From Macrostomum lignano (taxonomy: Eukaryota), in NCBI GenBank assembly GCA_002269645.1, contig NIVC01003062.1:1-34202 (forward strand): 34,202 bases of DNA, given 5' to 3'. The position numbers were made by a program, and so were the translations under genes. The notes under the pieces were generated by a model. The model ran no database searches. It was not told the origin of the DNA and saw only the letters and a list, made by a program, of their open reading frames with translations. Shown piece by piece: positions 1 to 10,590 of the stretch (position 1 is the first letter of the stretch; every line of letters starts with the position of its first letter).

Positions 1-3000
1 TCTAAGTAGCTCGAGTTTGAGTTTGGGAATCTGTGAAACTTTGCTCAGCCAATGATTACGTTCATGAGTGTGTCTACACTACACAACTCCTTTGACACAG
101 CTTCTGAAGTCGAGAGTTCCGCTGACGCGTCGCGGATTGAGCCCAACTTGAATGCGGTTCCGCAAGCACAGACGCCACTGGTTCAAGCCTTGTCGCTGAA
201 CTAGCTAGTGCCATTCCGCCTGCTCAACAGCAGCCTCCAGCCGGCTTCAGCCAGACAGTTAGTCAGCTCCCAAGTGGTGCTACAGAAAGTCATTCAAGCG
301 AAAGTGCAAATGCTAAGAGGAAACGGCGATCTGCTCAAGGTGAGCACTGCATGAGCATTGCTTTGTCTGCATGAAGGTACATGTACTTTAAGCGGGAGTG
401 TTTGGGAGCCTTGGCAAATAAGGCAATGGATATTTTGGGCGGGCATCGGCAGGACAGAAAAACACATACACTTGGGCACTTATTGGGACAACATTGTGCG
501 GATGTGATGTTTGAGGCATTTATTGGGACGCACTTATGGGACATGGAGTCTGTTATTTTTAACGCGGCTCTGGCTGTGACTAGAAAATGGTTCTTGTAGT
601 TGAGCCAGCAAAGCATAGCTCTCTCTAAATAAACAAAACAGAATAGTAGCTTTCTAAGTAGCTCGAGTTTGAGTTTGGGAATCTGTGAAACTTTGCTCAG
701 CCAATGATTACGTTCATGAAGTGTGTCTACACTACACAACTCCTTTGACACAGCTTCTGAAGTCGAGAGTTCCGCTGACGCGTCGCGGATTGAGCCCAAC
801 TTGAATGCGGTCTCCGCAAGCACAGACGCCACTGGTTCAAGCCTTGTCGCTGAACTAGCTAGTGCCATTCCGCCTGCTCACAGCAGCCTCCAGCCGGCTT
901 CAGCCAGACAGTTAGTCAGCTCCCAAGTGGTGCTACAGAAAGTCATTCAAGCGAAAGTGCAAATGCTAAGAGGAAACGGCGATCTGCTCAAGGTGAGCAC
1001 TGCATGAGCATTGCTTTGTCTGCATGAAGGTACATGTACTTTAAGCGGGAGTGTTTGGGAGCCTTGGCAAATAAGGCAATGGATATTTTGGGCGGGCATC
1101 GGCAGGACAGAAAAACACATACACTTGGGCACTTATTGGGACAACATTGTGCGGATGTGATGTTTGAGGCATTTATTGGGACGCACTTAATGGGACATGG
1201 AGTCTGTTTTTAACGCGGCTCTGGCTGTGACTAGAAAATGGTTCTTGTAGTTGAGCCAGCAAAGCATAGCTCTCTCTAAATAAACAAAACAGAATAGTAG
1301 CTTTCTAAGTAGCTCGAGTTTGAGTTTGGGAATCTGTGAAACTTTGCTCAGCCAATGATTACGTTCATGAAGTGTGTCTACACTACACAACTCCTTTGAC
1401 ACAGCTTCTGAAGTCGAGAGTTCCGCTGACGCGTCGCGGATTGAGCCCAACTTGAATGCGGTCTCCGCAAGCACAGACGCCACTGGTTCAAGCCTTGTCG
1501 CTGAACTAGCTAGTGCCATTCCGCCTGCTCAACAGCAGCCTCCAGCCGGCTTCAGCCAGACAGTTAGTCAGCTCCCAAGTGGTGCTACAGAAAGTCATTC
1601 AAGCGAAAGTGCAAATGCTAAGAGGAAACGGCGATCTGCTCAAGGTGAGCACTGCATGAGCATTGCTTTGTCTGCATGAAGGTACATGTACTTTAAGCGG
1701 GAGTGTTTGGGAGCCTTGGCAAATAAGGCAATGGATATTTTGGGCGGGCATCGGCAGGACAGAAAAACACATACACTTGGGCACTTATTGGGACAACATT
1801 GTGCGGATGTGATGTTTGAGGCATTTATTGGGACGCACTTAATGGGACATGGAGTCTGTTATTTTTAACGCGGCTCTGGCTGTGACTAGAAAATGGTTCT
1901 TGTAGTTGAGCCAGCAAAGCATAGCTCTCTCTAAATAAACAAAACAGAATAGTAGCTTTCTAAGTAGCTCGAGTTTGAGTTTGGGAATCTGTGAAACTTT
2001 GCTCAGCCAATGATTACGTTCATGAAGTGTGTCTACACTACACAACTCCTTTGACACAGCTTCTGAAGTCGAGAGTTCCGCTGACGCGTCGCGGATTGAG
2101 CCCAACTTGAATGCGGTCTCCGCAAGCACAGACGCCACTGGTTCAAGCCTTGTCGCTGAACTAGCTAGTGCCATTCCGCCTGCTCAACAGCAGCCTCCAG
2201 CCGGCTTCAGCCAGACAGTTAGTCAGCTCCCAAGTGGTGCTACAGAAAGTCATTCAAGCGAAAGTGCAAATGCTAAGAGGAAACGGCGATCTGCTCAAGG
2301 TGAGCACTGCATGAGCATTGCTTTGTCTGCATGAAGGTACATGTACTTTAAGCGGGAGTGTTTGGGAGCCTTGGCAAATAAGGCAATGGATATTTTGGGC
2401 GGGCATCGGCAGGACAGAAAAACACATACACTTGGGCACTTATTGGGACAACATTGTGCGGATGTGATGTTTGAGGCATTTATTGGGACGCACTTAATGG
2501 GACATGGAGTCTGTTATTTTTAACGCGGCTCTGGCTGTGACTAGAAAATGGTTCTTGTAGTTGAGCCAGCAAAGCATAGCTCTCTCTAAATAAACAAAAC
2601 AGAATAGTAGCTTTCTAAGTAGCTCGAGTTTGAGTTTGGGAATCTGTGAAACTTTGCTCAGCCAATGATTACGTTCATGAAGTGTGTCTACACTACACAA
2701 CTCCTTTGACACAGCTTCTGAAGTCGAGAGTTCCGCTGACGCGTCGCGGATTGAGCCCAACTTGAATGCGGTCTCCGCAAGCACAGACGCCACTGGTTCA
2801 AGCCTTGTCGCTGAACTAGCTAGTGCCATTCCGCCTGCTCAACAGCAGCCTCCAGCCGGCTTCAGCCAGACAGTTAGTCAGCTCCCAAGTGGTGCTACAG
2901 AAAGTCATTCAAGCGAAAGTGCAAATGCTAAGAGGAAACGGCGATCTGCTCAAGGTGAGCACTGCATGAGCATTGCTTTGTCTGCATGAAGGTACATGTA

Positions 3001-6000
3001 CTTTAAGCGGGAGTGTTTGGGAGCCTTGGCAAATAAGGCAATGGATATTTTGGGCGGGCATCGGCAGGACAGAAAAACACATACACTTGGGCACTTATTG
3101 GGACAACATTGTGCGGATGTGATGTTTGAGGCATTTATTGGGACGCACTTAATGGGACATGGAGTCTGTTATTTTTAACGCGGCTCTGGCTGTGACTAGA
3201 AAATGGTTCTTGTAGTTGAGCCAGCAAAGCATAGCTCTCTCTAAATAAACAAAACAGAATAGTAGCTTTCTAAGTAGCTCGAGTTTGAGTTTGGGAATCT
3301 GTGAAACTTTGCTCAGCCAATGATTACGTTCATGAAGTGTGTCTACACTACACAACTCCTTTGACACAGCTTCTGAAGTCGAGAGTTCCGCTGACGCGTC
3401 GCGGATTGAGCCCAACTTGAATGCGGTCTCCGCAAGCACAGACGCCACTGGTTCAAGCCTTGTCGCTGAACTAGCTAGTGCCATTCCGCCTGCTCAACAG
3501 CAGCCTCCAGCCGGCTTCAGCCAGACAGTTAGTCAGCTCCCAAGTGGTGCTACAGAAAGTCATTCAAGCGAAAGTGCAAATGCTAAGAGGAAACGGCGAT
3601 CTGCTCAAGGTGAGCACTGCATGAGCATTGCTTTGTCTGCATGAAGGTACATGTACTTTAAGCGGGAGTGTTTGGGAGCCTTGGCAAATAAGGCAATGGA
3701 TATTTTGGGCGGGCATCGGCAGGACAGAAAAACACATACACTTGGGCACTTATTGGGACAACATTGTGCGGATGTGATGTTTGAGGCATTTATTGGGACG
3801 CACTTAATGGGACATGGAGTCTGTTATTTTTAACGCGGCTCTGGCTGTGACTAGAAAATGGTTCTTGTAGTTGAGCCAGCAAAGCATAGCTCTCTCTAAA
3901 TAAACAAAACAGAATAGTAGCTTTCTAAGTAGCTCGAGTTTGAGTTTGGGAATCTGTGAAACTTTGCTCAGCCAATGATTACGTTCATGAAGTGTGTCTA
4001 CACTACACAACTCCTTTGACACAGCTTCTGAAGTCGAGAGTTCCGCTGACGCGTCGCGGATTGAGCCCAACTTGAATGCGGTCTCCGCAAGCACAGACGC
4101 CACTGGTTCAAGCCTTGTCGCTGAACTAGCTAGTGCCATTCCGCCTGCTCAACAGCAGCCTCCAGCCGGCTTCAGCCAGACAGTTAGTCAGCTCCCAAGT
4201 GGTGCTACAGAAAGTCATTCAAGCGAAAGTGCAAATGCTAAGAGGAAACGGCGATCTGCTCAAGGTGAGCACTGCATGAGCATTGCTTTGTCTGCATGAA
4301 GGTACATGTACTTTAAGCGGGAGTGTTTGGGAGCCTTGGCAAATAAGGCAATGGATATTTTGGGCGGGCATCGGCAGGACAGAAAAACACATACACTTGG
4401 GCACTTATTGGGACAACATTGTGCGGATGTGATGTTTGAGGCATTTATTGGGACGCACTTAATGGGACATGGAGTCTGTTATTTTTAACGCGGCTCTGGC
4501 TGTGACTAGAAAATGGTTCTTGTAGTTGAGCCAGCAAAGCATAGCTCTCTCTAAATAAACAAAACAGAATAGTAGCTTTCTAAGTAGCTCGAGTTTGAGT
4601 TTGGGAATCTGTGAAACTTTGCTCAGCCAATGATTACGTTCATGAAGTGTGTCTACACTACACAACTCCTTTGACACAGCTTCTGAAGTCGAGAGTTCCG
4701 CTGACGCGTCGCGGATTGAGCCCAACTTGAATGCGGTCTCCGCAAGCACAGACGCCACTGGTTCAAGCCTTGTCGCTGAACTAGCTAGTGCCATTCCGCC
4801 TGCTCAACAGCAGCCTCCAGCCGGCTTCAGCCAGACAGTTAGTCAGCTCCCAAGTGGTGCTACAGAAAGTCATTCAAGCGAAAGTGCAAATGCTAAGAGG
4901 AAACGGCGATCTGCTCAAGGTGAGCACTGCATGAGCATTGCTTTGTCTGCATGAAGGTACATGTACTTTAAGCGGGAGTGTTTGGGAGCCTTGGCAAATA
5001 AGGCAATGGATATTTTGGGCGGGCATCGGCAGGACAGAAAAACACATACACTTGGGCACTTATTGGGACAACATTGTGCGGATGTGATGTTTGAGGCATT
5101 TATTGGGACGCACTTAATGGGACATGGAGTCTGTTATTTTTAACGCGGCTCTGGCTGTGACTAGAAAATGGTTCTTGTAGTTGAGCCAGCAAAGCATAGC
5201 TCTCTCTAAATAAACAAAACAGAATAGTAGCTTTCTAAGTAGCTCGAGTTTGAGTTTGGGAATCTGTGAAACTTTGCTCAGCCAATGATTACGTTCATGA
5301 AGTGTGTCTACACTACACAACTCCTTTGACACAGCTTCTGAAGTCGAGAGTTCCGCTGACGCGTCGCGGATTGAGCCCAACTTGAATGCGGTCTCCGCAA
5401 GCACAGACGCCACTGGTTCAAGCCTTGTCGCTGAACTAGCTAGTGCCATTCCGCCTGCTCAACAGCAGCCTCCAGCCGGCTTCAGCCAGACAGTTAGTCA
5501 GCTCCCAAGTGGTGCTACAGAAAGTCATTCAAGCGAAAGTGCAAATGCTAAGAGGAAACGGCGATCTGCTCAAGGTGAGCACTGCATGAGCATTGCTTTG
5601 TCTGCATGAAGGTACATGTACTTTAAGCGGGAGTGTTTGGGAGCCTTGGCAAATAAGGCAATGGATATTTTGGGCGGGCATCGGCAGGACAGAAAAACAC
5701 ATACACTTGGGCACTTATTGGGACAACATTGTGCGGATGTGATGTTTGAGGCATTTATTGGGACGCACTTAATGGGACATGGAGTCTGTTATTTTTAACG
5801 CGGCTCTGGCTGTGACTAGAAAATGGTTCTTGTAGTTGAGCCAGCAAAGCATAGCTCTCTCTAAATAAACAAAACAGAATAGTAGCTTTCTAAGTAGCTC
5901 GAGTTTGAGTTTGGGAATCTGTGAAACTTTGCTCAGCCAATGATTACGTTCATGAAGTGTGTCTACACTACACAACTCCTTTGACACAGCTTCTGAAGTC

Positions 6001-6806
6001 GAGAGTTCCGCTGACGCGTCGCGGATTGAGCCCAACTTGAATGCGGTCTCCGCAAGCACAGACGCCACTGGTTCAAGCCTTGTCGCTGAACTAGCTAGTG
6101 CCATTCCGCCTGCTCAACAGCAGCCTCCAGCCGGCTTCAGCCAGACAGTTAGTCAGCTCCCAAGTGGTGCTACAGAAAGTCATTCAAGCGAAAGTGCAAA
6201 TGCTAAGAGGAAACGGCGATCTGCTCAAGGTGAGCACTGCATGAGCATTGCTTTGTCTGCATGAAGGTACATGTACTTTAAGCGGGAGTGTTTGGGAGCC
6301 TTGGCAAATAAGGCAATGGATATTTTGGGCGGGCATCGGCAGGACAGAAAAACACATACACTTGGGCACTTATTGGGACAACATTGTGCGGATGTGATGT
6401 TTGAGGCATTTATTGGGACGCACTTAATGGGACATGGAGTCTGTTATTTTTAACGCGGCTCTGGCTGTGACTAGAAAATGGTTCTTGAAGTTGAGCCAGC
6501 AAAGCATAGCTCTCTCTAAATAAACAAAACAGAATAGTAGCTTTCTAAGTAGCTCGAGTTTGAGTTTGGGAATCTGTGAAACTTTGCTCAGCCAATGATT
6601 ACGTTCATGAAGTGTGTCTACACTACACAACTCCTTTGACACAGCTTCTGAAGTCGAGAGTTCCGCTGACGCGTCGCGGATTGAGCCCAACTTGAATGCG
6701 GTCTCCGCAAGCACAGACGCCACTGGTTCAAGCCTTGTCGCTGAACTAGCTAGTGCCATTCAGCCTGCTCAACAGCAGCCTCCAGCCGGCTTCAGCCAGA
6801 CAGTTA
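1..6806 (+). repeat. Tandem array of about 10.4 copies of a 655-bp unit, open at the left window edge
   Basis: Identical ORFs recur at a 655-nt period (1599, 2254, 2909 ... 6184). The first two periods are 653 and 652 nt because of 1-3 nt deletions. Identity with the unit ends at CAGACAGTTA (6806), where the sequence continues into the unique recombinase ORF. Confidence 0.98.
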
Positions 6807-9286
6807 ATCAGCCCCAAGGTTGTCGCGAAATCGATCAGTTCCTTTGTGCACCTGTGGCGTATTGTTCTGAAGATGCAAACTTTGCGATTTTAAAACCGGT
6901 CTCGAATCCGAAGTCGTGCTGTGAGCCACATTTTGGGGCTCTGGCTTTTGCTGCTGATGATAGTGATCCATATCATCTGGAAAGCAATACTGGAACCGAT
7001 TGTTCAGCTGGAGCTGTAGTGGGTTGCTCAAATTACGAGAATTTGGCCGCCGACAATTCGAATTTTTATCCTCAGATGAATGCCTTGTCTGTGGTTCAAG
7101 ATTTTTCTGCGCATTCGATGCCGTCCCAACTCGTTGATTTTGTAACTGCGAAAGCTGAAGATGGTGATCAAGTGACCTTTTCGGCTAATGTCAATGTTAG
7201 TTCCGCGCGGATTGAAGAAGAAAGTGTCTCAGTTACTCTACCTGTTTCCTTGAAGCCTGAGGATGACGCAGGATGCAGTGTTGTTTTGCAGAAGCTTGTC
7301 AGTTCGACGACAAAGCTTCATTACTGCAAATATTGTGGCAAAATGTTGACGAAAATCTCTCGGCACTACAAAACCGCTCATAAAGCAGAGTCTGACGTTA
7401 AGCGCTTGCAGCAGATCCGCCGTAAGTCCATTCGTAGAAAGGCATTTAAGGCCCTTGAAAGCGAAGGCGATTATATTCACAATAAAATGGTTTTGGCAAA
7501 ACGAGAAGGTGAATTAATAATTGCAAGGAGACAAAAGGACGATGAAAATTCTCCTGGGAGTTTTCTTCCCTGTCATCGATGCTTTCAATTCATAAAGAAG
7601 GATCTTCTCTACCGCCACAGAAATGCATGCTCCGGTAGCCTATCTGAAATTATTAAGGAAGACGAGAATGACTCCGATGAAGACACTGAGAACTCTTCGC
7701 CCTCCGAGTCAGAGAGTGCAGAAGCGCGCCTAAAAAATCCTACGAACAATCACTACGTGCAGCTGTCTCGAATTCTGCTAAAAAATCCAGAGCCTGCTTC
7801 AAAACTTCTGGAACCAGATTCGGAACTCTTTAAGACAGTTCTCTCAAGACTCATTTGTGATGATCTGTTTGATACAATCTGCAAAGATGAGCTCTTACTT
7901 CGTTTAGGTGATCGTTATTTGTCTAAGCAAAAAAAGGTGAACCGGCAGCACGTGTCTAGTAAAATCAGGGATGCAGCTCGTGTTTTTATTCAGCTACAGC
8001 AGTTGCATGGTGATTATAGCTTAAGACACTTTCTGCAACCACAGTATTTTGATGATTGGATCGAAGTTATCCGAAAGTTATCGAATGAGGCCCCAACATT
8101 CGCACTACGCATGGGTCATTCAATACCGCATCTGTGCAATATCCTAATCGGTGAAGCGATTAGGACTTCTAATGATGGCCTTAAAAAGTCCGCATCTGAC
8201 TTTCTTGAGCTGAAAAATACTGAGTACCACCATCTCGTTACTGCGAAGAGCCTCAAGACAATAAGTGAAAGAGCAGCACTTGTGCAGGACTGTGTACCGC
8301 TGACGGACGACATAGTAAAACTTTCCACTTTTATGAAGTCGGCGATTGTCGATAAAATCGAAGAGCTCAAGACAGGAACATTGGATTCAAATGTTCCTTT
8401 GTTGTACCGTGAACTAGTCTACCTAATCATGACAAAACTAACTTTTTTCAACCGGCGCCGATCCAGTGAGATTTCTCAAATGGTAATGGCGATGTTAGAT
8501 GCAGCTTCGGCATCTCACACGCAGGATGACCTGCATCAGTATTTGACGCCACTCGAGAAGGAACTCGCCAGCAGGTTAAAGGTCATAAATATATCAGGCA
8601 AAAGAGGACGATCTGTGCCTATCGTTATCGATCGAATTTGTTGGGATGGACTGATGTGCCTAAAAGACTGTCGCGAGGCTGCCGGTGTAAGCCGAAAGAA
8701 CGTATTTGTGTTTGCGATTCCTGGCTATGAACAATCCGTCTACAGATGTCCTGTGGCAATCGACAAAGTAGTGAAAATGAGCTCACTCCAACTGCAACGA
8801 GCGGATCTCCTTCGCTCAAGATTTTTAAGGAAGCATTGTGCGACTGTTTCGCAACTTCTTGACTTAAAAGACAATGAGCTAGATTGGCTAGCTCGCCATC
8901 TCGGCCATGATATTACTGTCCACAGACAGTTCTACAGATTACATCAAAATACTCTCGAGCTAGCAAAGGTTTCGAAGATTTTGGAGTTGATGGAGAGTGG
9001 GAACCTGAAGAAATTTAAAGGAAAGGGTCTGGAAGAAATAACATTAGAAGATTTATCAGAGCCGCCGTTGGATGACCATGATGAGACAGCAGAGTTATCG
9101 GCGGTGCCGGACACTTCGGCCACAACAGCTGCTTCGACTTCGGCCACAACAGCTGCTTCGACTTCGGCCACAACAGTTGTTTCGACTTCGCCAACTTTCG
9201 CTTTGGGAACTGGTTCAGCCGCTACAACTAAAACAAGCGCAAAGAGACGCACAAAATCTGGTGAGTCAGTATATAGCTTAATTTGA
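6614..9286 (+). CDS. Large exon of a zinc-finger / tyrosine recombinase (Crypton-like YR transposase); probable exon 6645-9260
   Basis: 890-codon ORF with a C2H2 finger (HYCKYCGKMLTKISRHYKTAH) and a C2HC finger (LPCHRCFQFIKKDLLYRHRNAC). The YR catalytic motifs are in the canonical order: FFNRRRSSE (R, ~8453-8461), SGKRGR (K, ~8600), SRFLRKH (R, 8828), LGHD (H, 8906) and RQFYRL (Y nucleophile, 8933). Strong phase-1 donor TCTG/GTGAGT at 9260; candidate acceptor TTTGACACAG/C at 6644. The ORF starts at GTG and has no ATG until ~7076. Confidence 0.85.
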   Translation: MSTLHNSFDTASEVESSADASRIEPNLNAVSASTDATGSSLVAELASAIQPAQQQPPAGFSQTVNQPQGCREIDQFLCAPVAYCSEDANFAILKPVSNPKSCCEPHFGALAFAADDSDPYHLESNTGTDCSAGAVVGCSNYENLAADNSNFYPQMNALSVVQDFSAHSMPSQLVDFVTAKAEDGDQVTFSANVNVSSARIEEESVSVTLPVSLKPEDDAGCSVVLQKLVSSTTKLHYCKYCGKMLTKISRHYKTAHKAESDVKRLQQIRRKSIRRKAFKALESEGDYIHNKMVLAKREGELIIARRQKDDENSPGSFLPCHRCFQFIKKDLLYRHRNACSGSLSEIIKEDENDSDEDTENSSPSESESAEARLKNPTNNHYVQLSRILLKNPEPASKLLEPDSELFKTVLSRLICDDLFDTICKDELLLRLGDRYLSKQKKVNRQHVSSKIRDAARVFIQLQQLHGDYSLRHFLQPQYFDDWIEVIRKLSNEAPTFALRMGHSIPHLCNILIGEAIRTSNDGLKKSASDFLELKNTEYHHLVTAKSLKTISERAALVQDCVPLTDDIVKLSTFMKSAIVDKIEELKTGTLDSNVPLLYRELVYLIMTKLTFFNRRRSSEISQMVMAMLDAASASHTQDDLHQYLTPLEKELASRLKVINISGKRGRSVPIVIDRICWDGLMCLKDCREAAGVSRKNVFVFAIPGYEQSVYRCPVAIDKVVKMSSLQLQRADLLRSRFLRKHCATVSQLLDLKDNELDWLARHLGHDITVHRQFYRLHQNTLELAKVSKILELMESGNLKKFKGKGLEEITLEDLSEPPLDDHDETAELSAVPDTSATTAASTSATTAASTSATTVVSTSPTFALGTGSAATTKTSAKRRTKSGESVYSLI
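9113..9200 (+). repeat. In-frame 24-nt coding repeat x3.5 (TSATTAAS) in the YR linker
   Basis: ACTTCGGCCACAACAGCTGCTTCG repeated, degenerating in the third and fourth copies. Confidence 0.95.
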
Positions 9287-9723
9287 TTCATGCAGATACA
9301 AATATTTTTTACTGCTCAAATAGATTGTTTATAAGAGGTTAGATATATTTTTCTGATCGCATTTTATCATATGTTAACGGTATATAATCGCATAGTGTCT
9401 AGCGAATCGTATGCGATTAACTCAGTCAAAGTACATGCATTTACTGGAGTTGAAGAAAAAAGAAATCGCGTGAACATCGCATAGATACTCGTATAAGTTC
9501 ATTTTGCCTGGGGCTTTTACTGTCCAAAAAAAACTTATGCAAATGCAAACATTTCTAAGCAGAGTGCACAATGCACATCTTAAAATTTCCAAATCATTTG
9601 GCCCTTTTAATTGTATGCTAAGTTAATTATAAGAATTAAAACTTTTTGTGGACATGTTTTGCATACTTTCTGTGAACGTAAGCAGCAACCTCTTAGTCTA
9701 TAAAATATGTGCTACCATTACAG

Positions 9724-9902
9724 CAAAGAAGCTGACCGACAGCCAAAAAAGCGACTTGCGCAAGGCATTTGCCAGCTTTCTAGCCAGCGGGGATCTTCCT
9801 GGCAAGCAAGTCATTTTAGAGCTTCGACCCGAATCTGTTGCTGCTGTTGACTGGCGCCAAATTAAAGACAATTTGCGCGTTGCGCTTTCAAAAAAGAAAT
9901 AG
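9724..9902 (+). CDS. Terminal exon of the YR gene (…AKKLTDSQKSDLRKAFASFLASGDLPGKQVILELRPESVAAVDWRQIKDNLRVALSKKK*)
   Basis: Phase-1 acceptor CCATTACAG/CA at 9723 matches the phase-1 donor at 9260 and gives an open frame to TAG at 9902. The PGK…W..IK pattern resembles the small helical C-terminal domain I recall from this animal YR family (recall, not a search). Confidence 0.75.
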
Positions 9903-10590
9903 CTAGTCGAAATTTCTATTTTAAGAAAAGCAAATATTTAACTTTAGCTAATTTTAGCTAATTGGCTTACTTTAGCTCACAGATTCTAGAACAGCTAGAT
10001 GAGCCACTGAAGCACAGCTATATACAACAGCTGAAATAAATGACTTTGATAACTTTAGAAGCCCAAGCTTGCAGGCGTAAACAACTTGCTGATTGGTCCA
10101 GCCATAATGTACATTAGCCACTGAAATGTACATGGCAGATTTACCCTGGAACTACCGAGAAAGGCAATAAAAATTGGGTGGCGGGGCGGGGGTAGAGGTT
10201 CTGTGTGGAATTTGAGGGTTTAAGCTTGGGGGGTAAAAGCCAATAAATAAACCTTGCCTTAGTTTGTCTTCAAAACTTCATTAAAATGCCTCGGTTAACT
10301 TAAACTACTAAACTGAAAGTACCTTGCAGGCAAATGTGCTGAGTGAATCATCTAGTTTGTTCTAGTATCTGTGGTTTAATTACTAATTAAAGCTTAATGG
10401 AAGACAGGCAAAATTTGTAAAAATCCTTGGATCAAAAACTTTTTGCGGCTGAAATAACTAGTTACTAGATACTAGTTGCATAGCTCGAAGCTACTATTAG
10501 GTCGTTGATTCCGCGTGTCGAGCACAATTCTCTAATTTGTTTTTTTTAATAGCCACCTGGCTTAAAAACTGTGTTGTCATTCATTCAAAA

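Larger units (their letters stand above)
1..10500 (+). mobile_element. Putative YR (Crypton-like) DNA transposon including the internal 655-bp array; boundaries approximate
   Basis: Intact YR gene whose coding sequence looks visibly more AT-rich than the neighbouring host exons. It lies upstream of an N-terminally incomplete cadherin gene. No termini were securely identified. Confidence 0.5.

Noticed and set aside
294-6759. Recurrent 60-aa (+), 61-aa (-) and 111-aa (-) ORFs in each array unit
   Set aside because: No recognisable domains. They overlap the predicted intron or are antisense to the exon; recurrence merely reflects the repeat.
1-6806. CRISPR-like array next to a recombinase
   Set aside because: The units are 655-bp full-length identical copies with no variable spacers, there are no cas genes, and the context is eukaryotic.
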